Shown: positions 1-13,099, numbered from the stretch's first letter. The stretch: DNA of 64,000 nt from Malacoraja senta (GCA_038087875.1 JAXLNO010000051.1:124001-188000), one strand, 5' to 3'. The notes: a model not told the origin generated them from the sequence alone. Numbers and translations: made by a program.

Positions 1-3000
1 TTACTTTGGGAATCTTTTAAAGCATACATTAGGGGTATTATAATTTCATATCAAGCTTTTCAAAATAAAAAGAATAAGAATGAACAAAGACAGTTAGAAG
101 AACTTATTAGACAAATGGATATAGATAATGCTAAAGATCCATCAATAGATAAACATAATAAAATAATAATTTTAAAATTTAAATTAAATAAATTATTATC
201 TGCCAAACTTATAAGACTTTTTCAAATTACAAAACAAGAGCACTTTGAATTTGGGGATAAACCGCATAAACTTTTGGCTCGCCAGCTAAAAAAACGAGAA
301 AAGGAACATACTATACCAAAGATCAAATCAGATAAAGGGGAATTATTAACAACACCGAAGGATATTAATAAAAGATTTGCGCAATTTTACGAGAATTTGT
401 ATACATCTAAAACGATAATTGATTCCAATAATATCACAAAGTTCTTGGATACCTGTAATCTTCCAAAGTTAGAGCTGAAGGAACAAGAGGAACTGGGTGC
501 ACAAATCTCAATTAAGGAATTAGAAGATACAATAAGCTCACTAAAAAATGGAAAAACACCAGGCCCTGATGGATTTACTAATTAATTTTATAAAAGCTTT
601 TATGATAAAATAATACCAAGATTACAAAAAATGTACCAATATGCTTTTAAAAAACGAATACTACCTGATACATTAGCGGAATCAACGATTACATTAATAC
701 CTAAGAAAAATAAGGATTTAGAAGAACCTGGCTCATATAGAGCTATAGCATTGTTAAACACAGATCAAAAAATATTAGCGAAAACATTAGCCAGAAGATT
801 AAGTAAATACATTAGTAAATTAATAAACCCAGATCAGACAGGGTTTATCCCTAAGAGATACTCTTCTAATAATATGAGACGTCTACTCAACATAATGCAC
901 TCACACAAATCTGAAGATCAAGAATTATCAATTATTTCGCTGGATGCTGAAAAAGCATTTGATCAAGTAGAATGGAATTATATGGATAAAGTATTACAAA
1001 AATTTCAACTGGGAGAGAATTTTATTTTATGGATTAAGTTACTATATAACAAACCTACAGCTAGAATACTTACTAATAACATATTATCCTCGAAATTTCA
1101 ACTATCAAGGGGAAATCAAGGGGATGCTCATTATCACCACAGCTGTTTGCTCTCATTATTGAACCGCTAGCAGAAAAAATTAGAATACACCCTGATATTC
1201 ATGGATATAATACTAAAGACTCATATAATAAAATATCTTTATACGCGGATGATATATTATTGTATATTACAAAACCTCAAATCACTATACCAAATATATT
1301 AAATTTAATTGAAGACTTCGGATCTTTTTCTGGATATAGAATAAATTGGAATAAAAGTGAAATTATGTCAATAAAACCGAAAGATTCAACACATCTTTTA
1401 AAATTCCCTTTTAAAATAGCTACAGAAAAATTTAAATATTTGGGAATCGAAATTACCAGAGCATATCAAGGTATGTTCAGGGCAAATTTTGACCCCCTAC
1501 TTAATAAACTGAATACATTAATTAAATTCTGGAAAACGCTCCCGATGTCTTTAATAGGCCGAATAAACGCAATAAAAATGATCTTTTTACCACAAATTTT
1601 ATACCTATTTCAATCAATTCCTATATACTTACCTAAGAAGTTTAAAAAAAAACTCGACTCAGATATCACTAATTTTATATGGGACTATAAATCACATAGA
1701 ATACAAAAAACCCATCTGAATAAATCTAAAGTATTGGGGGGTCTAGCACTACCTAATTTTATGTATTATTATTGGTCAGTAAATACTAAAAACATGATTC
1801 AACTGATGGATAACTCCGCCCAGCAAGTAGACTGGATTGTAATGGAGAAAGAGGATTGCTCCTCTAGAAACATTGGAGCGATCCTCCTCTCTCCAATGAA
1901 ATTGAATAACATAAACTATAATAAGAACCCAATTATTCATAGTACAATCCGTATTTGGAAACAAATAAAACAAAATTTAAAATTAAGAAACTTATCACTT
2001 TTATTACCTATAGTCAATAACCCTTCGTTTAGTCCTTCTATTATAGATAAAGCTTATACACAATGGGATAGACTAGGAATTAAAACGCTTGGTGACTTGT
2101 ATGAAACTGGAAAATTACTTTCATTTCAACAATTACAAATAAAATATAAACTCGGAAATAATCAATATTTTAAATACTTTCAAATATGCGACTATTTGAA
2201 AAAATATACAAAAGATCATCATAATAACCCAGCAGATGTACTGGACGAGGCAATGCAGATAAAAGCGGAATCAGCAAACTTAATATCATATTTGTACAAT
2301 ATTATCTTAAATGCACAAATACCATCTACGGAGGGTATCAGAAGAGACTGGGAACAAGAGTTAGCTATTAAAATTTCAAAGGAAAGTTGGAATGAATACT
2401 TATTAAAAGTGCATAAATGCTCGATTAATGTAAGACACACTTTAATACAATTTAAAATTTTACATAGATTATATTATTCGAAAACTAAAATTCATAAAAT
2501 TTTCCCAAACGTATCATCTATTTGTGATAAATGTCAATCCCAAGAAGCAACTATAGTGCACTCATTTGTCTTCTGTACAAAAATTCAAAAATTTTGGAAT
2601 GAAATTTTTGAAATCTTTACAAAGTTATTTAAAACAAGACTGATACCCAAAGCAGAATGGATTATCTTCGGAATAACGGAAGATGATCCAGAACTAAATG
2701 TGTTTCAAAAGAAATTAATGGATTATGGGTTAATAACTGGAAAAAAGCTAATTCTAAAATTTTGGAAGAAGGCTCCAATACCAACTATAAATATGTGGAT
2801 TTCAAATATGTTTGAAACATTACACCTTGAAGAGATAAGACTCCTCCTAGCAGGTAAACCAGATCACTTCCACCTGACGTGGTCTGCATTTATAGAATTA
2901 TTACAAACATAGGGTGCAAAAGTACTTTAAAAAAATAAAAAATTGAGGTCGGGTAAGGGGGGATGATAGTTGAAGAGTTGGTATGTCCTATTTACGTGAT

Positions 3001-3320
3001 GCTCAAAAAAAAAAAAAACATTTGTTTCTCTTTTTTTCTCTTTCTCTTTTCTTTTCTTAGGGCCTATTTCTTAACTCTTTTTCTTTTTGTTTTTAATTTC
3101 GCTCTTATAGGGTCTTCGTCCTTTTTTGTTGTTACATTTTCTACACTTTTCTACACTTGCACTTTTTCCTTCACTTTCTTCTCTCTTTCAATCTTTTCTT
3201 TCTCTAGTGTAAAATAAATAAAGGGAGTACATTAATTGTAAGAAGATATAAATGACGAGTATTAATGTATGTGGTTGTAATGTAATGTACTTCTAATAAA
3301 TAAAAAAAATTAAAAAAAAA
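1..3320 (+). mobile_element. L1-clade LINE, 3' part (ORF2 RT and C-terminal CCHC region, 3' UTR, polyA); disrupted
   Basis: ORFs 115-585, 631-1170 and 1260-2912 carry L1 ORF2 motifs: KTPGPDGF, YRAIALLNTDQKILAK, LDAEKAFDQVEW, YADD read at ~1241-1252, GGLALPNF, C-x2-C...H...C. Stop at 583-585 and a frameshift near 1120-1140. T-rich 3' UTR, then AATAAA and polyA at ~3295-3320. Confidence 0.93.
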
Positions 3321-3321
3321 G

Positions 3322-4048
3322 AAATAGGGTCAAGTTGGGAAAAGAGGAAGTACAACGGGATCTGGGGGTCCTTGTACAACAGTCTATGAAAGTAAACATG
3401 CAGGTACAGCAGGAAGTGAAGAAAGCGAATGGCATGTTGGCCTTTATAGCAAGAGGAATCGAATATAGGAGCAAAGAGGTCCTTCTGCAGTTGTACAGAG
3501 ACCTAGTGAGACCACACCTGGAATATTGTGTGCAGTTTTGGTCCCCTAATTTGAGGAAGTACATTCTTGCTATTGAGGGAGTGCAGCGTAGTTAATTCCC
3601 AGGATGGAGAAGCTGGGCTTGGACACTTTGGAGTTTAGAAGGATGAGAGGATATCTCATTGAAACATATAAGATTGTTAAGGGCTGGGACACGCTAGAGG
3701 CAGGAAATATGTTCCCGATGTTGGGGGAAGTCCAGAACCATGGACCACAGTTTAAGAATAAGGAGTAAGCCATTTAGAACTGAGACGAGAAAACGCTTTT
3801 TCTCACAGATAGTGGTGAGTCCGTGGAATCCTCTACCTCAGAGGGCGGTGAAGGCAGGTTCTCTGGATGCTTTCAAGACAGAGCTAGATAGGGATCTTAA
3901 AAATAGCGGAGTCAGGGGATATTGGGAGAAGGCAGGGACGGGGTACTGATTGGGGATAATCAGCCATGATCACATTGAATGGCGGTGCTGGCTCGAAGGG
4001 CCAAATGGTCTACTCCTGCACCTATTGTCTATTGTCTATTGTCTATTG
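3322..4048 (+). mobile_element. CR1 LINE 3' fragment with (CTATTGT)n tail
   Basis: QRDLGVLV...VKKANGMLAFI...LYRDLVRPHLEYCVQFWSP (ORF 3335-3595); CR1-type 3' UTR ending cctattgtctattgtctattgtctattg. Confidence 0.9.
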
Positions 4049-4981
4049 AACTCGAACTCGAATTCGAGTTTTAGCTAGAGATAGAGTTCGAGTTAACTCT
4101 ATCACGAATATCTTGAACTCGAACTCTAACTCGAACTATCACGAATATCCCGAACTCGAACTCGACTTGAGGGCGGAGCATCAAGGCAAATTCATTGTAT
4201 GTGAATACATGGTCAATAAACTTATTCATTCATTTATTCATGCATTCAGTCAACTCTCACTCTCTCTCTCTCTCTCTCTCTCTCTCGAACTCAAACTCGA
4301 ACTCTATCTTGAACTCCATCTCGATCTCGAACTCGAATGCGAACTTGAACTCGAACTCTATCTTGAACGCGAACTATCACGAACTCGAACTCTCTCTCGA
4401 ACTCTATCTCTAACTCTCTCTCTAACTAAAACTCGAACTCTTATCTCGAACTCGAAATATCTCGAACTCTCTCTCGAACTTGAACTCTATCTCGAACTAT
4501 CTCGAACGCAAACTCGATGTCAAACTCGATCTCGAACTTTATCTTGAACTCGAACTCGAACTCTATCTTGAACTCGAACTCTATCTCTAGCTAAAACTCG
4601 AATTCGAACTTGAATTATCTCGATCTCGAACTTTATCTCGAAATCGAAATCTATCTCGAATTCGAACTCGAAATCTATCTCGAACTCGAATTCGAAATCG
4701 ATCTCGAACTCGAGTTGGATTCCGACTTACGGGCGGAGCACCAAGGCAAACTCCTTGTACGATAAACGTGGCCAATAAACATTCATTCATTCATTCATGC
4801 ATTCCGTCAACTCGAACTCGAACTCGAACTCTCTCTCGAACTCAAACTCGAACTCTATCTCGAACGCGATCTCGATATTGAATTCGAATTCGCACTCGAA
4901 CTCGTACTCTATCTCGAACACGATCTCGAACTTGAGTTCGAGTTCGAGTACGACTTGCGGGCGGAGCACCAAGGCAAATTC
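4049..4981 (+). repeat. Complex satellite block: (CTCGAA)n tracts + conserved core + (TTCA)n, plus orientation
   Basis: Cores at ~4171, ~4731 and ~4959 (the last truncated at the Rex1 junction). Confidence 0.92.
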
Positions 4982-5593
4982 TTTTTTGAGGCAGCGACTC
5001 CGGTAAATCCCTTCAATGGTGGGGAGGTCACAGCCGGTGATGGACTGGGTAGTTGTCGAACCAGGCCATGATGCAACCACACAATATGTTCTCCACTTTA
5101 CACTTGTAGATGTTCAAGAGAATGCTCTTTGACACACCGAATCTCCGTAATCTTCTCAGGAAGTAGTGGCGTTGATATGCTTTATTTATAATTGCATCAG
5201 TCTGCTAGGTCCAGGAAAGATCTTCGGAAATATGCACGCCAGGAATTTGAAAATGTTCACTGTCTCCACCATCGTCCCGTTGATATAAACGGGATTGTGG
5301 AACCTCATTCTTCCTCTTCCAAAGTCCACAATCAGTTCATTGGTTTTACTGATATTGAGAGCCAGGTTATTGTGCTGGCATCATTTGGCCAATCGGTCGA
5401 TCTCACTTCTTTCACACTCATCACCATCTGTAATTCGCCCAACAATGGTGGTGTTGTCGATGAGCTTGAAGATGGAGTTCGCACTGTGTCCGGCTACATA
5501 GTCATGAGTATGGAGTGAGTGGAGCAGGGGGCTGAGCACGCAGCCTTGAGGTGCTCCCGTATTGATTGTTATTGAGGATGACGTATTTCTACC
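4982..5593 (-). mobile_element. Rex1/Babar LINE RT fragment (host element, 3' part, left arm of inverted duplication)
   Basis: Reverse complement of 15113-15693; reads TGAPQGCVLSPLL, WCQHNNLALNISKTNELIVDF, DLPTIEGIYRSRCLKK. Confidence 0.88.
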
Positions 5594-8500
5594 TTCTTGT
5601 TAGTGAAGCATAAACCTTTGAAGCAACAAACACCCACGGCGAGGTAAGTGGGTGTTTGTTCGAAGTCCAAGCGCCTGTTGTTAACGAAGACAGCTAGCTC
5701 TCGCTTAGCTTCATTGTTGTGTAGATGGAATGCTGTTGACACAGTTTTGCCTTCAGATTCATATTCAGATTCAGATTCAACTTTATTGTCATTGTGCAGT
5801 GTACAGTACAGAGACAACGAAATGCGGTTAGCATCTCCCTAGAAGAGCGACATAAGTATGAGCAATAAATAAATCTAATAAATCCTGGTGGGAGGAGTGT
5901 CCGGGAGGGGAGTGACTGGCAATCACCGAGGTACAGTGTTGAGTAGTGTAACAGCCGCAGGGAAGAAGCTGTTCCTGAACCTGCTGGTCCGGCAACGGAG
6001 GGACCTGTAGCGCCTCCCGGATGGGAGGAGGGTAAACAGTCTGTGGTTGGGGTGAGAGCAGTCCATGACGATGCTGCGCGCCCTTCGCAGACATCGCTTG
6101 CTTTGGACAGACTCAATGGAGGGGAGTGAGGAACCGGTGATACGTTGGGCAATTTTCACCACCCTCTGCAGCGCTTTACGGTCGGAGACAGAGCAGTTGC
6201 CATACCATACTGTGATACAGTTGGTAAGGATGCTCTCGATGGTGCAGTGGTAGAAGTTCACCAGAATCTGAGGAGACAGATGAACCTTCTTTAGTCTCCT
6301 CAGAAAGAAGAGACGCTGGTGAGCCTTCTTGACCAGAGTTGAGGTATTGTGGGTCCAAGAGAGGTCATCGGAGATGTTGACCCCCAGGAACCTGAAGCTG
6401 GAAACACGTTCCACCTCCGTCCCGTTAATGTGGATGGGGGTGTGCGTGCCGCCCCTAGACTTCCTGAAGTCTACAATGAGCTCCTTGGTCTTCTTGGAGT
6501 TAAGGGCCAGGTTGTTGACAGCGCACCATGCTGCTAGGAGCTGGACCTCCTCCCTACAGGCCGACTCATCGTTGTTACTGATGAGGCCAATCACCGTTGT
6601 ATCATCTGCATACTTGATGATGGTGTTAGTACCATGTACAGGTGTGCAGTCATAGGTGAAAAGGGAGTAGAGGAGGGGGATCAGCACACACGCCTGTGGA
6701 ACGCCGGTGTTCAGGGTGAGGGTTGAAGAGGTGTGCTTGTCTAACCTAACAGACTGGGGTCTGTTGGTTAAAACGTCCAGTATCCAGTTGCAGAGGGAGG
6801 GGTCGATGCCCAGGTCACCGAGTTTGGTGATCAGTTTAGAGGGTATGATGGTGTTGAATGCTGAGCTGTAATCGATGAACAGCATTCTTACGTAAGTGTC
6901 TGTTGTCGAGGTGGGAGAGGGCGGAGTGAAGTGCCGTTGAGATGGCATCCTCCATACTCCTGTTCTTGCGGTAGGCAAACTGATAGGGATCCAATGTGGG
7001 GGTAGGCAGACTTTGAGGAGTGCCAGGACCAACCTCTCGAAGCACTTGGCGATGATGGGAGTAAGTGCAACTGGGCGGAAGTCGCTGAGGCTTGCCGCAG
7101 TGGAGTGTTTTGGCACCGGCACGATGGAGGTGGATATAAGGCACGTGGGCACAACTGCTTGGGCAAGTGACAGGTTGAAGATGTCAGTCCAGACGTCTGT
7201 AAGCTGCGCAGCACAGGCCATGAGGACGCGCCCGGGGATGCCGTCAGGCCCAGCAGCCTTACGTGCATTAGTCCTACTCAGTGCCACGTACACGTCGTAG
7301 GGGGTGAGTGAGAGGGGCTGGTGATCGGCAGGGAGTACCGCCTTGATGGCCATCTCTAGATTGTCCCTATCGAAGCGGCCATAAGTGGTTAAGCTCTTCA
7401 AGGAAGGAGGCGTTGCTGGATGTGGGGGTGGTGTTGATGGGTCTAAAGTCCGTGATGGCCTGGATGCCTTGCCACATGCGTCGGGGGTCAGAGTTGTTGT
7501 TGAAGTGCTCCTCAATCCTGAGCTTATGGCAGTGCTTGGCCTTCTTTATGCCCCTCTTCAGGTTAGCCCTGGATGAACTATAGGCTCGGGCATCGCCTGA
7601 CCTGAAAGCGGTGTCCCGTGCTTTCAGCAGTAGCCTGACCTCGCTGTTCATCCATGGCTTCTGATTCGGGAATATGGTCACCTGTTTGAGGGAGGTGACA
7701 CTGTTGATGGTGGAGTTTATAAACTCCAGAACAGAGGATGTATAGGAGTCAATGTCCGTGTGGGAGTCAAGGGTGGCCTGGGCTGCAAACGCCTTCCAGT
7801 CAGTGTTTCCAAAACACTGCTGAAGTGTGGAGTCCGCCTCCTCTGACCAGACTTTAATTGTCCTCACAGTGGGTTTAACCCGTCTGATGAGTGGGGAGTA
7901 CTTTGGGAGCAGGAACAATGAGAGGTGATCAGACTGTCCAAGGTGGGGGGGCGGCTTTGTAAGCTTCAGCCATGTTGGTGTAGACTTTGTCCAGTGTCTT
8001 GTCTTCTCTAGTGGCGAAGGAGACATGTTGGTGGAATTTGGGGAGTACAGTCTTCAGGTTGGAGTGATTGAAGTCACCCGCAACAATGAAGGCTGCCTCG
8101 GGGTTCTGAGTCTGTTGTTTGCTAATGGCAGTATGCAGATCTTTCATTGCAAGCTTGGCATTAGCATCAGGAGGAATATAGGCTGCAGTCACAACAGTGG
8201 AGGTAAACTCTCTGGGCAGATAGAACGGTCTGCATCTATCCAAGAGGAACTTCGCTCAGCTTTAGATGCCACTGTCGTAGGTATACTGCCAAAGTCCCCA
8301 TGTCTTGACTCAAGGAGCTTTCGATTGTCTGCCTCTCTTTGTGTCTCATCAGGATGGCTAGATCGTCAGCATACCCATACTTTCCAGCGATGGTCTCTGG
8401 AAGGTAATGGATGTACACGGTGAAAAGCAGCGGAGCCAAGACAGACCCCTGTGGGACGCCATTCTGCAGTCTACCTATCCTACTCTGCTGTCCATCACTG

Positions 8501-9799
8501 GTCTTAAGCACAAAGTTGCGGTTAAATATCAGCTCCATGGTGTAGCGTACCATGCGCCTGTCTGGCAGCACCCAAAGTAGCTTTGCAGTTACTCCCCGGT
8601 GCCACACGGTGTCATAGGCAGCTGTGAGATCCATAAGAACAACCCTTGCCTTTTCATTTGCCTCAAAGCAGTCCTCGATGTCTTGGGTGAGGAGGGTTAC
8701 CTGGTCTGCAGTGGATCGACCTTTGCGGAAACCAGCCTGCTCGTGGGGTAGTTGAGGGTCTATGATGGTTACTGTGTCACTGGGCATTTGTCGGGTTTGG
8801 ATGTAGCTCTGCCGGTCAGGCGGTTGCCTGTGTGCCATGCTTTACCGTGTTGGTGAAATCGATCGATTCAACCGTCTCAATCCAGCGTACTTGTCGTTTC
8901 TCATCCAAGCGTGTGAGCAAAGTAGTGGTTGTGGTTTCAGAATCCTCTTTGGTGCCAGCAGCAGTATGATCTTCGTATATCTGGTGACACTCATCATCCC
9001 AGCATGGGATGTAATCCCGCTGGTGGCCACGGGGGTTGGTTTTCTTGCCTGCATTGATAAGCATGTTGCAGTAGGCTTGGTTGGAAGAGTCCAGGTTGGT
9101 ACTGTCTCGGGGAGGAAGGCCCGAGGTGGCTGCATTTGTAAGTTGTTGGAACTTGTCCCAGTCGGCCTTGCAGAAGTTCGACCGCTCGATGTTGGAGCAA
9201 CCAGTGGTGTTGTGGTGATGAGTGATGGTCGGTGCTGTGACCGTGGGAATTTCTCCAGAACCCGGCGCGTTGGTAATTGGTGGTTCTTTGTGTTACTGGC
9301 AAAGGCTAGGTCTGGGTTTGTACCAGTGTTCCAGCGGGCTGAATGGAAGCTGTTTGGCTCCTTTGGATCGTACAGAAGCGTGAGGTCATTGGCGGATGCC
9401 CAATCTATGACGCAGTTTCCATCACTATTCCATCTTGAGTAGCCCCATTCGGTGTGGTGGCAGTTGACATCACCTGAGTATACACAGGGTGGGGTGAACA
9501 CTGGTATGCATGTTGTAGCCAGACGCACTGGGGGTGGCTTGTACACATTGATGATGGTGACGTCCTGAACCTTCACTGCAAGCCATTCCAGATCTGTGTC
9601 TTCTGCAGACTGCCCTTCTATAGCCCAATCCGTGTCATCTCTGATGAAAGTGGCCAGACCATATATACTACTTGGAGTGAAAGTAGCTAGTGTGAATTCA
9701 GGTATTGTGTATTTCTCCACATTTTCGCAGTGTGTCTCCTGCAGGAGTATGACATTCGCTTAGATGGCGTATGCTAGCTGCTCAATAATGGATATCTTA
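5594..9799 (-). mobile_element. Vingi/I-group-like LINE (APE + RT), internally deleted, interrupted by a Rex1 insertion at 5755-8249
   Basis: ORF 8842-9720 has APE motifs (INVYKPP, GDVNCHH, HSARWNTGTNPDLAF, FPRSQHRP). ORF 8236-8838 has RT motifs (EQAGFRKGRST, DLTAAYDTVW, GVPQGSVLAPLLF, YADD). TSD-like gtatttctacc 5583-5593 / gtacttctacc 9800-9810. Clade assignment is from motif recognition only. Confidence 0.75.
5755..8249 (-). mobile_element. Rex1/Babar LINE, 5'-truncated, with (TGAATC)n tail and 4-bp TSD (CTTC)
   Basis: ORFs 7929-8243 (CRPFYLPREF, GDFNH), 7367-8026 and 5923-7515 ([57 protein letters not shown]). AATAAA plus tail at 5755-5790. CTTC at 5751-5754 and 8250-8253; empty site at ~14948-14955. 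Confidence 0.93.
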
Positions 9800-10655
9800 G
9801 TACTTCTACCAATTCAAACAGACTGTGGATGAGGAAGTCGAGGATCCAATTGCAGAGGGATGCGCAGAGACCAAGTTCCATGAGTTTGGTAACCAGCTTT
9901 GTTTTTAATCCAAAAAAAAATGCAATGGCTCGCAGAAGGACGCATTGGCCAGGCCAAGGAGCAACCCAACCAGGACATCTTCGGTCCCGCCCCCTTTGGA
10001 CCCTAGGTGAAGTGGCGGTGCTCCTTGCCCTCTGGACACTGGCTACAAACCATCCGCACCATCCGGGCGCGGATGTAGCCCCGGAAAAGGGGCAGGCAGT
10101 TGGCTCGGCAGAGCCCTCTTCCGCCTGGCGTCGTGACTAGCGGATGGCCAGCATAGCCAGGCCCAGGAGCAACCCAAGTAGGGCATGTTCAGCACTATCC
10201 TCTCCCTATGCACAGGGTATCCAAAGATGAGGATGGTGGGTGAGAAATGTAGCCATAAGGCTAGAAGCAGCCCCTTTAGATAATAGAACAGGTTCTGCAA
10301 CCTCACACACTCCATATACACGTGGCACTTGGTAACCAGTTTTGAGGGGAAGCTGGGTGTTAAGTATAGAGCTGCTATGAGGAACAGCCTGACAAATGTT
10401 TTAGTTATTCTCCAAGTGGTCCAGTGCAGGATGGAGTGCCAGCGTGATCACGTTCTCCATTGATCTTTTGTTGCTATCGGCAAATTATACTGCGTTCAGG
10501 TTGTTATAGAGGTAGGAGTTGATGTGCGCCATTACCGTCCTCTTAAAGCACTTCATCACCACAGACGTTAGTCTGTAGTCATTGAGGCACGTTACCTTAC
10601 CAATATTGTATTATTTGTGCCCTTTTATTGTAGATGGGAACCTCAAACCTCAGCA
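9800..10655 (-). mobile_element. Left-arm copy of the Rex1 host 5' part with nested Tx1-like fragments
   Basis: Reverse complement of 12251-13418 with a ~260-bp deletion; ORF 10043-10321 reads YMECVRLQNLFYYLKGLLLALWLHFSPTILIFG. Confidence 0.82.
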
Positions 10656-10668
10656 ATGAGAGGCCCCC

Positions 10669-10815
10669 ACAGCCGTCTGTGGCAGAATTCCACAGATTCA
10701 CCACCCTCTGACTAACCTCAGAATAATAAGACGTACTATTTAAAATAAAATGATGAGGAATTTCATTGGTCAGAGGGTAGTAAATCCGTGGTATTCTGCC
10801 ACAGACGGCTTGAAG
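10669..10815. repeat. Two inverted copies of a 42-bp CR1 3' segment (hairpin)
   Basis: 10671-10712 is the reverse complement of 10769-10810 with 4 mismatches in 42 bp. Confidence 0.8.
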
Positions 10816-10879
10816 CTCCGGGCCGGTATTCAGGAAAGGACGCACCACTCCACTTGTTAGGCCGCATGGGGTGACGGAG

Positions 10880-12130
10880 ATGCGGCACGGAGAAAAATCG
10901 CATCTCCGTCGTGGTAAGTGACTGGAAAAAGAGGATGGTGGAACAGACGCTCCTGCTTGCTTTACGGCGGGAGAATGTCTCTTTTGAATTGCAGGTGTCA
11001 GCTACTGCTCGTGAGGAGGAGTGGAGTCTGTGGCAACAGCATAACGGACGGCAGGAGCATCTGGGCTTCTGGGCAACGACATTGCCTGATCCCGCCGCGC
11101 GATATTCCCCCTTTGAACGACAATTAGTTGCATGTTCTTGCGACTGAACACCTTACGGCGGGTGGGATAGTGGTTATGCAACCTCGCTTACCTATTATGA
11201 CCTGGGTTAAGTTCGCCAACGTCTCCCATAAGGAGGAACACGCACAGCGCTCCTGTATTGTAAAATGGAAATGGTACATGTCTGATAGGCCTGAACGAGG
11301 TCCCGGCGTTGTTAGCCTTCTGCATGAGGAGGTGAAGATCCTCCCCTCGGGAGGTCACCCACTACAAGAGCCACCTCCTTCCTCCCCCATTCCTGGGGCG
11401 GGGGGGGTCCATTTTCTGATCTCCCCCTGACGAATCACAACAGGTATGGTTTAATGATGGCTAGTCGTTGTGTTGCAGGTAATGCCGTCTGGCAGGCGGC
11501 CGCCCACCCTTTGTCTGATGACATTACTCCAGTCTGCCTGTGCACCGACTCGTGGGCAGTTGCAGACGGTATGGCTGTATGGATGACACAGTAGCATTCC
11601 CAGGGCTGGGAGATACATGGACTGTACCAGCTAATGGCCGTGTATGGTCCCCCATGGGAGATTCAATCTAACTATGGGTCCCACTTTACCGGTAACAAAG
11701 TACATCAGTGGGCAGCTGATAATGGGGTGCAGTGGACCCTCCACATCCAGTATTACCCACAAGCAGCAGGGCTGATGAAGCGAATGAATGGTCTATAAGA
11801 GCAGATACGTACACTAACTTCCCTTGTGTGGGCCCTTGTGTTGCAGCAAGCAGTAAACAACTTGAACCAACGGCCTGTGACTGGGGGGACACCCATGAGC
11901 CGACATCTGCCTGTTGCAGTCGAGCCAGATGACACCACATCGACGAAAAAACATCAGGAAGATGCCCGGAAGGTGTGGGGTTCAGTCCCCGGCGGGGGCC
12001 CCCTCGCAAGGGGGAAGTTATTTCCGCCGTGAAGGGCAATACGCAGTGGCTTATAGTGACCGGGGAGGATAAACCTATATGTCTACTTTTACAGCACCTA
12101 ACCAGGCGAGAGTGAACCTGCTCCACCCTC
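10880..12130 (+). pseudogene. Endogenous retrovirus pol relic (RT connection/RNase H and integrase), ERVL/class III-like
   Basis: Reads WSLWQ...LGFW...YSPFERQLVAC, ATEHLT...PRLPIMTWV...AQRSCIVKWKWYMSDR..GP.VVSLLHEEV. Integrase-like GSHFTG...WTLHIQYYPQAAGLMKRMNGL at ~11670-11795. Many frameshifts and deletions. Confidence 0.75.
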
Positions 12131-12599
12131 TCTTTACAGATGGCGTGGGCTGATACCACTGGCACCGCCTGTCTGCACGGAATCAAACACCTATCTCTCG
12201 CGTACCTACATATACTCTCCCTCTTCAGTCCCCTATTACCCTCCTGGGGTTTGCTGAGGTTTGAGGTTCCTATCTACAATAAAAGACCACAATTAATACC
12301 GGTGTCAATATTGGTAAGGTAACGTGCCTCAATGACTACCGACCGCTGCCACTAACGTCTGTGGTGATGAAGTGCTTTAAGATGACGGTGATGGCACACA
12401 CCAACTCCTACCTCTATAACAACCTGAACGCAGTATAATTTGCCGACACCAACAAAAGATCAACGGAGAATGTGATCACGCTGGCACTCCATCCTGTACT
12501 GGACCACTTGGAGAATAACTAAAACATACGTCAGGCTGTTCTTCAAAGACAGCAGCTCTATACTTAACACCCAGCTTCCCCTCAAAACTGGTTACCAAG

Positions 12600-13099
12600 T
12601 GCCACGTGTATATGGAGTGTGTGAGGTTGCAGCCCCTGTTCTATTATCTAAAGGGGCTGCTTCTTGCCTTCTGACTACATTTCTCACCCACCATCCTCAT
12701 CCTTGACACCCTGTGCGTAGGGAGAGGGTAGTGCTGAAGATGTCATACTTGGGTTCCTCCTGGGCCTGGTCATGCTGGCCATCCGCTAGTCACGACGCCA
12801 GGCGGAAGAGGGCTCTGCCCGAGCCGGCTGCCTGGCCCTTTTCCGGGGCTACATCCGCGCCCGGATGGTGTTAGCGAGGGACTACGTGCTTTCCACTGAC
12901 ATCCTGGGGGATTTCCGGGACTGCTGAGCACCGCGGGGGGTTTGAATGCATCAGTGACAAGGATTGTAACATAGTTGTATAGTAGTTTATTTTGTATATT
13001 TGTTCGTCGTGTATTATGGTGGTGGTTTCTGTTTTGTTTTTTACTGTACTGTATATATTGTTTTATTATTTGAATAAATATTTTTGATTAAATTTAAAA
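12600..13099 (+). mobile_element. Tx1-clade LINE 3' end (ORF2 C-terminus, 3' UTR, polyA)
   Basis: Reads HVYMECVRLQPLFYYLKGLLL...FSPTILI...LLGL..LAI...FRGYIRAR; T-rich UTR, AATAAA, polyA. Flanked by aaaactggttaccaag at 12584-12599 and 13100-13115. Confidence 0.8.

Noticed and set aside
1260..2912. 550-aa ORF as a domesticated or host gene
   Set aside because: It is the C-terminal half of L1 ORF2, continuous with upstream broken ORF2 pieces and followed by the L1 3' UTR and polyA.
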